In this document: piece by piece, positions 37,088 to 47,356 of the stretch
Numbering within the stretch: the first letter of the stretch is position 1
Layout: every line of letters begins with the position of its first letter
NCBI GenBank assembly: GCA_964016885.1
Contig: OZ024740.1
Span: forward strand, 298,468,001-298,532,000
Direction of reading: 5' to 3'
From: Eledone cirrhosa
Taxonomy: Eukaryota
DNA length: 64,000 nt
The notes under the pieces: model-generated
Seen by the model: the letters and a program-made list of their open reading frames with translations, nothing else
Databases searched by the model: none
What the model was told of the DNA's origin: nothing
Position numbers and translations under genes: made by a program

Positions 37088-40000
37088 CATCATCATCATC
37101 ATCATCATCGTTTAATGTCCATATTCCACACTTGCATGGGTTTGGACGGGAGTTTTCCCACTTGAGGCAAGAGTGGTTGTCTTGCTCGCATAGGACTGTC
37201 TGGCGGGTTTTCTACGGCTGGATGCCCTTCCTAACACCAGCCACATTTACAGTGTGGAACTGGGAGGTTTTTACCGTGTTACCTACACGGCCACATTACA
37301 GCGTGGACTGTGTGTTTTTTGTCGTGACACCTACACGACCTCATTTATTTCGGCCTGGATGTTGTGGTACCAACATAACTTTACATAGAAAGTTGTAGAT
37401 GGGGTGGGGGTAGTGGGACGGGGGTGTATTTTGTTAGAGGTGCCTACTGACTGTAGTAGGTTTTACTTTGTATTTAGGTAAGGCGGGTCTTCTCTATTAC
37501 TGAGTACCGCCAAAGATCTCGGTCCAGTGACATTGTCTTGGAGAGGTGTAAGTGTGTGAGGTCGGAATTTATCAAGTCGTCCCAGGTTTTTCTGGGTCTG
37601 CCTACTCCGTGGCTACCGTCTATTTTTATTGCCCTGCACTTTTTTATACAGCTGTCTTTCATGCGCATCACGTGACCATACCAATGTAGCCTTCTCTCGA
37701 GTAAACAACATCTGATCCCTCTTATTTCTAATTTTTCCCTTAGTTCGTTAATGCTTTGCCGTTCACGTATATTACTATTACACATCCAGCGGAGCATGCA
37801 AGCTTCGTTCCTCTCTAGTCTGCATATATCCTCTGCACACAATGCCCAGGTCTCACTGCCATGCAACATTGCTGTTCGTATGCAGGCATCATACAGCCTG
37901 CCTTTCATTTTTAGGGAGAACCCTTTAGCGGCTAATAGTGGTATAAGCTCTCTGAACTTTTTCCATCCAGTTCTGACTCTAGCTACTGTACTTACAGAGC
38001 ACCCTCCCCCACTGCTGATTGTGTCACCCAGGTAATGGAAGCTGTCCGCTATTTCTATAGAACCCTCTGTGCAATTGAAAGAGCTAGTATTTTGTGGGCA
38101 CTTGCTGCTACTTATTGCACCAGAGCACCGGCCACATATAAAATCTATGTTCTTAGTTAGCTTACCTGTGATCCCACTACATCTTTTATGCACCCATACT
38201 TTGCATTTGGGACATAAAATGGAGTTTCTACCTACGCCTTTCCTACACACTGAGCATGGTCATTTCCCGGATGGGACTGGCGCCCTATTTTCCTTCCTAC
38301 AAACTAGAACTTTAGTCTTAGCCAGGTTAATTTTAAGTCCTTTTGATTCTAGCCTGTGCTTCCATGTTTGGAATTTCTTCTCCAGTTCGGCCATTGATTC
38401 AGCTATGAGTGTTAGATCATCTGCATATAGGAGTTCCCATGGGCAGCCGGTCTTGAAACTCCACTGTTATAGCCTGAAGGGCAATAATAAATAGTAGGGT
38501 GCTAAGAACGGAGCCCTGATGAACACCAACTTTTACGCTAAACTCTTCACTATATTCGTTGTTAATTCTAACCTTGCTGACTGTTTCTTTATACATGGCT
38601 TGTATAGCTCTCACAAGCCATTCATCAACACCTAGTTTTCTAAGAGCCCACCAGATAATGGAACGGGGGACTCTGTCGAAGGCTTTCTCCAAGTCGACAA
38701 AAGCTAAGTATAGGGGTTTACTTTTAGCTAGGTACTTCTCCTGTAGTTGTCGTACAATGAAAAGAGCGTCTGTGGTACTTTTACCTGACACAAACCCGAA
38801 CTGCATTTCATCTAGATCAATTCTCTCTCTGATTAGTTGCGTTATTACTTTTTCCGTGACCTTCATGACCTGGTCGACTAATTTAATGCCTCTATAGTTA
38901 CTCCTATCTAGGGCATCTCCTTTACCCTTGTAACAGTTAATGATGATGCTGCTACGCCAGTCCTTCGGAACAACCCCATTCTGTATGACTTGGTTTACCA
39001 TCCGGGTGACCATGGTGTGTCCCACCATTCCAGAGGCTTTCAGCATCTCAGCAACTATTTCCGAAGGCCCAGCCGCCTTACCCGTCTTCATATCTTTAAT
39101 TGCCTTACTTATTATACTACCTTCGACTAACACTGCTGGTCCCTCTATTGGGTCGATGTGGGGGAGACTGTCTTTCTCCCATTTATTCTCCTCATTTATT
39201 CTCCTCATTTAGTAGCCTTTCGTAGTGACACTTCCAAGCTACCTTCTTATCAGCGTCAGTGATGGCAAGTACACCATCATCATTAAGTACACACTTCTCC
39301 CCGACAATATCACGGTTTTCCTTGACACATTGCCTAGCAATCCTGAACACCTCACGTTTTTGGTCCTCGCGTTGTAGAACATGCTTGAACTTTCTTTCCT
39401 CTGCTTCCCTTCTTGCGAAGTACACTTGTCTCCTAGCTTCCCTCCTGGCCACTTGATAGTCTTCTCTACTTCCCCCATCCCGCCATACTTTCCAAGCCTG
39501 CTTTTTGGCCTTAATTGACTCCTCCACCTTACTGTTCCACCACCATGTTACTCTCCTCCTGCCTATAGGCCTGCTCCAGCCACAGACTTCGTCTGCCGCC
39601 ATCAGCAGGTTTGCTTTCAGGAATTCCCACTGTTCCTCTATATTGTACGACTCTAAATGCTCTTCCTTACTGTCGAAAGCATCAAGTAATATGCTTTTAA
39701 ATTTATTTCTGGCTGTGGGGTCCTTTAACTTCCATATTTTTCTCCTGAGGACAGTCCTCTTCTGCTCTCGAGTACGTCTCGTCCTGACTATGAGGTTGCT
39801 AATTATGAGTATGTTGGGAGGTGCATTCTTCATGGGGGAGGGATTTAGTGTTTACAACAGACACTCTGTCACGTCTTCTGGTAAGGATATAATCTACCTG
39901 GCTTGTATGTTCCCCTGATCTGTAGGTGATCAAGTGATTGTCTCGTTTTTTGAAGTTAGTGTTACAGATAGTTAGGTTATTTGCGTCACAGAATTTCAGG

Positions 40001-41477
40001 ATTCTGGAGCCTTCCTCATTTCTAGTACCAAACCCATAGCCTCCGTGGATTCCATCATAGCCGTCACAATGTTGTCCAACGTGACCATTTAGGTTGCCAG
40101 CAATAATTATATAGTCACTGTCGGTTATTTGGGAGGTAGTGAGCATCAGTGTCTCATAGAAACTGTCTTTTATAGTGCCAGGCAGTCCGGATTGGGGCGC
40201 GTACGCAGATATTACCATCACAGTAGTTCTATTTAGAACAAGTCTTCATCATCATCATCATCATCAGGTTTAGCGTCCGTGTTCCACGCTTGCATGGGTT
40301 TGGACGGGGGTTTTCCCACTTGAGGCAAGAGTGGTTGTCTTGCTCGCATAGGACTGTCTGGCGGGTTTTCTACAGCTGGATGCCCTTCCTAACACCAACC
40401 ACATTTACAGTGTGGCGCTGGGAGGTTTTTACCGTGTTGCCTACACGGCCACATTTACAGCGTGGACTGTGTGTTTATTTTAATTATTCTGTCATTCACT
40501 CTATTTACGTCTATTATCTTATCTACCCATTTTTCTGCTAACATGATTCCTACCCCACCCTGCCCATTGTCATTTCTCACCCAGAAAAGCTTATAGCATC
40601 GTTTTTTACCCACAATGAATCTAGCAGACCCGCCCCTCCACCTGTTCTCTTGGATACAGCAAACATCAATCTCCTTACGTTCAAGCATTTCTACAACCTC
40701 GTTAGAGCGGCCTTTTAAGGTGCCTACATTCATGGTACCAACTCTGAAGTTTTGGATTGCGTTTGGTGGGTGGGGCGCAGGGAGGGGTGAGGTGGATGGG
40801 GTTGGGGTTATGTTGGCCATCCGTGGCCGCAACAAAGAGGAGGGGGCCTTGCCCTTTTGTCCAGCAGCATGAGGTGAATTTGTCGTTATCTTTGGCATTG
40901 TCTTCGGGTGTCCAGATTCTTCAGACTCTCCAGAAATTCCTTAGTCCATCCATCATATCGAAAAGCAACCAGAAGTGATAGCATAGGCCGTTGACTTGTG
41001 ATTGGTCCAAATAATAAGGTGGAGAGTGGGGGAGGGGTATGGGGTAGTTTGCGAGGATGTAGGCTTATTTATATTTGGTGCGTAGGGAGTGAGAGGGAGT
41101 GAGAGAGTGACGTATATGATAGAGAGAGAGAGTGAGGGTGAAACGATTTTAGAGGGCCGAGAGAGAGAGAGGCCATTTCTATGAATCCTGGAAAATTTTT
41201 TCGGCCAAAATGGTAGCGGGAAGATTATTTAGAACAACGTGGAGAACATTTTTAGAACAGTGAGACAGAATTATAGAAGGACAATTATGAATAAGATTTT
41301 GATTCTGGGCGATTTTAGATATATGGATGAATGAACCGAAGGGTGGGGAGTTAAGAAGAAAATGATATTTGTACATTACATTTCTTAGAAGCAGACTGAC
41401 CATCAATAAGAGTTGACAAATTCTGAATTTTGTCCCCCGTAACAGGCTTATTTATATTTGGTGCGTAGGGAGTGAGA
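37088..41477 (-). mobile_element. Near full-length RTE LINE (5' UTR, APE endonuclease, RT, 3' UTR), frameshifted
   Basis: APE motifs GTMNVGTL, CCIQENRW, SAYAPQ, GNLNGHVG, SQVDYIL; RT motifs; both flanks rejoin as an older RTE fragment (ggagcat|agttgcttcatttctctccagtctacg). Confidence 0.93.
40246..40475 (-). mobile_element. Short 3' end of the same RTE family nested in the APE domain
   Basis: (cat)n plus 3' UTR nearly identical to 17857-18080; splits the peptide DRIIKI|RLVLNRTTVMVIS. Confidence 0.9.
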
Positions 41478-42109
41478 TAGTTGCTTCATTTCTCTCCAGT
41501 CTACGCATGTCTTAGTCTCTGAAAAAATTTCAAGAAACAAAATATTTAACTTATTCTACATAAACTTGAACATCATTGATGATGATAATGATCAAATCAA
41601 ATACACAGTGATGGTATATTTTCTAATGGAATATGTAGCTTGTTTCCAATGTTACCTTCAACAAAACTGTCTTCAGTGTGACACTGAAGTTTTTTTGTTG
41701 TTACAGTTCACACCTATGTAGGTTTTGCTGGCCTCCTACGAGGTTGTATCTCATAGGAAGTTTCTTGTGTGTTTTAATGATAGAGACCACAGTCCTATAA
41801 TGATCATTATGGTCTGGAAGCATTGATGGATTTGGAAACTTTACTACTAAAAAAAAGTCCTTTATAAAAATGATATCTACTAGTTGCATTTTAGGGCAAC
41901 ACACACATGTATATATACATACACACACATCATGGAAGAACCATTTTAACTATTCAAGAACAGACAAAATATGTTATATTCATTTTATTTACTGAGATGT
42001 TAAAATTTTCATATTTCTCTGACTTGGTCACTGACAATTCTGCTGTGACTTAAAAATTACTTACTGGCAAGTTTTTATAAGGCCTTGGGGGATATTTTTT
42101 ACTTTTTAT

Positions 42110-42410
42110 CTTCTTTTGTTGAATTTTCAGCCATACATATTTCTATATAGCAATTGTTGCTTTGACCTCATAATGCAGAGGAGTGGAAAATATAAAAATA
42201 ACCAACTGATTCCTTTCTGTGCCAGTTGCCACCAAGACTTCCTGTATCCTCATCTCCTGACTGCTGTTATCCCCTGCAAAATCAAGCGGGGTGCGTTCTA
42301 CTTGAGGAAGAAGCCCCTATGAGGTGGAGTGGCTGATGCAATGGTTGTTGCTGGCTATTCTCAGTGGCAATGCTTTTGCCATCTTGCGGTGCAACTGAGA
42401 TATATCGCCT
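42110..42410 (+). mobile_element. Old CRE-clade 3' fragment (REL end)
   Basis: AEEWK..K..PVAT..EWLMQWLLLAILSGNAFAIL aligns with ELEWLFQRISLAVLRGNAFSIL of ORF 13684..14070. Confidence 0.7.
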
Positions 42411-42851
42411 AAAGCTTGACCCTCTCTTCCTTTTTTCCACCTTTCTCAATATTTAATTTTTTTGTTGTTGGTTGATCTTTTGACATGGGTTGCCATTAGT
42501 CACTTTTAGGTTCAATTTCTCTGTTTGCATACTTACTTGTCTGCACATTCCATTGCAACCATTCTTCCCATTTTTGTTTGTCTTTTGTCACATTTGTTGG
42601 TTTTGAATGTATGGAGACATTTGCTAAGTATATATAAAGTATGTTTGGAATGTCTGCTTATAGTATAATTCTATTGAATTTAGATTCTTGCTAAGTTGAT
42701 TTATTTAAGTGTATGCTAAAAAGAACAGAAACAAACAAAGAATGAACCAAATAATACATTATAATATAATAAATAAATTGTACATATGAATATGTATTTG
42801 TAGACACTCATATTTGTATATTACTACATATATATATATATATATATCTAC

Positions 42852-42900
<49 letters not shown>

Positions 42901-42949
42901 AAAGGTAAACAGAAATAACAAAGCAAACGACAGAACAATGAAGAAATAT

Positions 42950-44130
42950 ATTATTAGTTTTACGCTTGATATAGTAGGAAAAGAGTCTTAACGTTTTGGA
43001 CACTAATCCTTCATCAGAAAATAGAATGAGGAATTAAAGAAGAAATAGAAAGATTAAAGAGATAGGCAGGGCATAACACATTTTTTGTTAGAAAAAATAA
43101 CAGGTCCATTCATGTTGCCATCTCTTGAAAAACTGTTGAAATACGTTTTGAAAAGGTGTTGATGGAGCACGTCTATCTGAAAGGGAAAAAATACTGTTTT
43201 GTATATAGAGCTGTATGTGTGTATGTGTTTATATGTCTATATGAAGCTGAGGACATGTGCATATATATCTAAGTAAAAGCGTGTGTGTGTGTTTGTAAGT
43301 GCAAAGCTGTGGGCAAATGTGTGTGTATATAAGGGTGTGTGTTTGTGTGTGTGTACAGAAATTTGAAGGTATATATAGAGGTGTGTTTGTGCGTTTTTTG
43401 TTGGTCTATGTAAGCTGTAAGAGAGTATAATTCTGACCATAAGAGCCATAGGAACCTATGGGGTGAATGTATGTGCAGGTGTGTGACAACGGACGGGGTG
43501 AAGGTGAGAGTGGCAAGGGGTAGAGATGTCAGCACGAGTGTATGTAAGATTAAAGAAATTGGGAAAGGGAATTGAGTCCATTGAGGAAACTGGTCCCAAG
43601 GCAGAAAATCAGATTCTGCTCACTTCAGGTGCACGAGGCCTGTGATCTGTGATGTAAAAGGACATCAAAGACATGTAGAGAAGAGTGCCCTGGGGAATAG
43701 AAATGACGAATGATGGGGTTATCCATACCAAGTCATATGTCCCTCCAATGTTCAGCTAAATGTTCCGCCAAATGGCGTCCTGTTTGTCCAATGTATAAGG
43801 ACCCACAAAGGGAACACAGGAGGGCATGACTACATGGGTGGATGTGCAGGTGAAGGAGTGGTGGATATGGAATGAACCATTGGTGCCTGTGAGAGTGGTG
43901 AGGTTAGAAGTGAAGGGATAGGTATTACAGTGCGGATGAGATCAGGGATTAGAGCTGGGTGGAGTCCTAGGAGAGGAAGGGAAGGAACTACAAGCCAGAG
44001 GTTGTGGAGATTACGGGCTTGCTTAAAGGTGATGATTGGTGGGTTTGGAGAAAAGTGAGAAGTGATGGGGTCAGAAGAGAGGGTGCGGAAACAAAGGAGG
44101 ATATGTCACTGGAGGCGTAGGGTGATAGGT
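42950..44130 (-). mobile_element. Penelope-like element 3' part (GIY-YIG endonuclease, long 3' UTR/pLTR), decayed
   Basis: Minus strand HSFTCTSTHVV..SCSLCGSLYIGQTGRHLAEHLAEH; hammerhead motif downstream; (TA)n flanks. Confidence 0.8.
42984..43021 (-). ncRNA. Degenerate minimal hammerhead in PLE pLTR
   Basis: Minus strand CTGATGA-A-GGA-ttagtg-TCC-AAAA(for GAAA)-CG-TT-AAGAC with palindromic AACGTT. Confidence 0.55.
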
Positions 44131-46004
44131 TATATATATATATCATCATCATCTCCACCATTTAACATCTATTTTCCATGCTTGTAAGGGTTAGATTGCT
44201 GTCACATGCTGAGCCCAGGCAGGTTAGGTGACTAGAACTTGCTCATACACTTTGTTTTGGTTTGGTTTCTATGGCTGGATGACCTTCCTAACGCCAACCA
44301 CTTTACAGTATGAACTAGGAGCATAGTTTCTACAGCTAGATGCCCTTCCTAACACCAACCACTTTACAGAGTGTACTGAGGCCATTTTATCATAACTCTG
44401 ACACTGCCACCTTACAGGGTAGACTTGGTGCTTTTTGTCGTGGCAATAGCACTACCACCTTATAGGGTGGACTGGATGCCTATATATATATATATTGCTG
44501 GCAGGCAAACAAAGTAAGTAAACATTATGGCAGATCCTCAGGGATAGTTATTAGTAAGAGAACCAGTGAGTGAAATAAACTTTTCCAATCTAGGTAAGGT
44601 TCCATACACATGAATAGTAAATGTAATAAAAGCAGAGTGGAAAAAATTCCTGGATCTACTATCTCTGTTGGTAACAAAGGGATTCTTTCTTTGAGTGAAG
44701 GATAGATTATATGATGTCTGTGTGAGAAGTGTGATGTTGCATGATAGAGAGACATGGGCAGTAAATGCAGAAGATATTCAAATGCTCGCGAGAAATGAAT
44801 TGAGCATAATCTGTTGACTGTGTAATGCTAGTGCGCATGAGCGATAAACCGCAGACAAGCTGAGAGGAAAACTGGGCATTAGAGGAACCAGATATAGTGT
44901 GCAGGAGAGAAAGTTGTACTGATATCATATTTGTCATCATCCTCTTTCACCTCCCATCTATTGTCACTTGCCCATGACATCATACTTATCATTCTTACCT
45001 CCTCTCACCCCATTCTCTCTCCTAAATGCAGTTCACTGAGGACAAGCTATCACCCCCAACCCCATAGAGTAGAGAGAGAATTTCAGTGGAGTGAATGACC
45101 GACAATCTCCCTAATGCTAGTACCATGATAAAATATATCCAGTATACTCTGTAAAGTTTTTTTTTAATATGAGAATAATCTGGAAAGTCTATTTTATAAA
45201 TGCACAAAGTTGGCTTAAAAACCCATTAATAATTACACATATGAAAAAGAAAGATAAAAACAAAATTAAGTAATGAGAAAAAGGGGATGGGGGTAAAGAA
45301 TGGCAGATCTGGCTGTATGGGAAAGTAGAGGAAAGGACTATAAATGCCAAGTGGTTGGTGTTTCTATGATAAAGTGCATCCAGTGTACTCTGTAAGCTGG
45401 TTGCTGTTAGGAATGGCTTCCAGCTGTAGAAACCATTCAAAAAAAGGTTGAGAGGGCATTTCAGTCATAGCACAGCACCCTCTCTTGTGCTGGTGCCTTG
45501 AAAAGTATACTCATTGCACCCTGTTAAATAATTGGTGGTGATAAGGGGATCCAACTGTAGAAAGCATGTAAACAATGGGGCAAGAGTAGTCATTAGATGT
45601 GTAAATAGCACAATAACCTTAGGTGTTGGTGTCACAAAAAATGCACCCAGTATGCCCTGTAAAGTGGTTGGTGATAGGAAAACCATCCAGCTGTAGAAAA
45701 GCATGCCGAATGTAGGGTCCAGAGAACTCTTCAGATGTATCAAAGATAATACAATCTCTAGTGTTGGCCCCATGATAAAATGCATCCAATACACTCTGTA
45801 AAGTATGGGAAAGTATGTTGGTGGGATGAGCTGTTGGCTTCTCTGAAAGGTTATTGGTTCCGGGTAAGTACTGATTTGGTCGGTGAAGACCTATTTAACC
45901 CTTGCTAGCTGGGAAAAACAGATGTTAAATAATGATAATTAAGATGTGTATATATTGAGTCACACCGTGATGTATGTGTGACTATGTCTAATTATATATA
46001 TATA

Positions 46005-46400
46005 TACCCTTTGAATTTAATATATACTCCCGTAAGGTTGAGTAAAACTTTAGGCAGTATTCGGCTGCGCTTTCTAGCAACCAGCCTACTCGCCGACAGG
46101 CACCAATCACAAACTTTCTGCCTTGACCACTGGCCACGTGATGGTTCTTAGCCATTTTGAATTCATTTCTGGCGGGGATCATGGTAGAAGAAACTTAGGG
46201 GTATCTCCTGATGAGTTCCAAGCCTCGTGGATTTATCCAAGACCGGGTATATCCAAAAAGCGGAATGAAACCACCGGTGGTAGAGACTGAGAATTCTGGT
46301 AAAATATGTGCATTTTTTCTTCAAACTTCTATTTTGTACCTAATTCCGTGTAGTTGGCTACTTCTCTAGTCAATTTCTACAATTTTTTTGTCGTGATTTA
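46005..46400 (+). mobile_element. ~395-bp solo pLTR/retrozyme-like unit between (TA)n runs
   Basis: Non-coding, locally GC-richer; CCAAT, CACGTG and GCCATTTT motifs upstream of an intact hammerhead. Confidence 0.7.
46194..46291 (+). ncRNA. Type I hammerhead ribozyme with extended stem II
   Basis: CTTAG-gggta-TCTC-CTGATGA(46208-46214)-GTTCC..TGGATTTATCC/GGGTATATCCA..GGAAT-GAAA(46267-46270)-CCACCGGTGG-TA-GAGA-CTGAG; all three stems pair, ACCACCGGTGGT is a perfect palindrome. Confidence 0.88.
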
Positions 46401-46542
46401 TATATATATATATACTTAGGGTAAACATTGATGCAATTCAATTCAACCATTCTACATACTTTTTCCACATAGGAGTGATGGAGTATATTTAGAATAAGAA
46501 AATGCGAAGTATTTTCAGATGTTAAAGTCCTTTATTGATAAG

Positions 46543-46615
46543 GCTGTGATATATATTTCAATGCCGACAGTGGCCACACGATTCGATAACCATTGCCATG
46601 CTCTCATCAGACAGC
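46543..46615 (-). ncRNA. Type I hammerhead ribozyme with long stem II
   Basis: Minus strand GCTGT-CTGATGA-[long G.U-rich hairpin]-GAAA-TATATA-TC-ACAGC; stem I perfect and extended by ATAAG/CTTAT. Confidence 0.8.
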
Positions 46616-46711
46616 GTCTTATACGATAAGGTTACGTTCTCGAGGCAATCCAAATTAAAATGACGAGGGAATGGACAAAGATGATGTTCTTGAAGCCTTA
46701 TTATGTAAGAA

Positions 46712-46785
46712 GCTGTCTGATGAGATTATGGCATTGGTTAGGCAGAATCGCGTGGCCACTGTCATCATTAAAATGTGTATCACAT
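46712..46785 (+). ncRNA. Degenerate hammerhead (GAAA changed to AAAA)
   Basis: GCTGT-CTGATGA(46717-46723)-...-AAAA-TGTGTA-TC-ACAT; paralog of 46543-46615. Confidence 0.6.
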
Positions 46786-47201
46786 ATATCCTTATCAATA
46801 AAGGACTTTAACTACTTCGCATTTTCTTATTCTATATAATATATATATATATCATCATCATCATCAAATATATATGCGTATAATTATGGTGGGTATACAT
46901 ATATTAGTGTTGGTGCCATGTTAAAATGCTCCTAGCCTGCACTATAGGGTGGTAGTGCTGGTACCATGATGAAATGCTCACAGTATAGGCTGTAAAGTGG
47001 TTGGCATGAGGAAGGGCATCCAGCTGTTGAACAATACCCAAAATGGAAGGTATGAGTTAGATGTGGTCATCTGACTGGTGTAACCTCAGAATGTGATGAC
47101 CTGTCTGATCCATGCATGCTTGGAAAATAAATGTTAAATGGGGATGATGGTGAATCAGCTCTATGACATTTACTCATCTAAATTCTGAAATATACTATAC
47201 A

Positions 47202-47356
47202 TACTGGGGTGCTGAAAAGTTCTTTACATGGGAGGTAGGATCGCTGCAATAAGTGTGTGAATCTGAGAGGGGAATATGTTGAATATTATCATAATTAGCT
47301 GATCTGCCTGTACTTTCTTTTACCCAAAGCCAGGATCTTTTCAGCACCTTGGTGTT
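47202..47356. mobile_element. mariner-type MITE
   Basis: tactggggtgctgaaaagttc ... gatcttttcagcaccttggtg inverted termini. Confidence 0.6.

Larger units (their letters stand above)
46490..46834. repeat. ~140-bp diverged inverted repeat, each arm containing a hammerhead
   Basis: Arms 46490-46631 and 46696-46834 are imperfect reverse complements. Confidence 0.9.
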
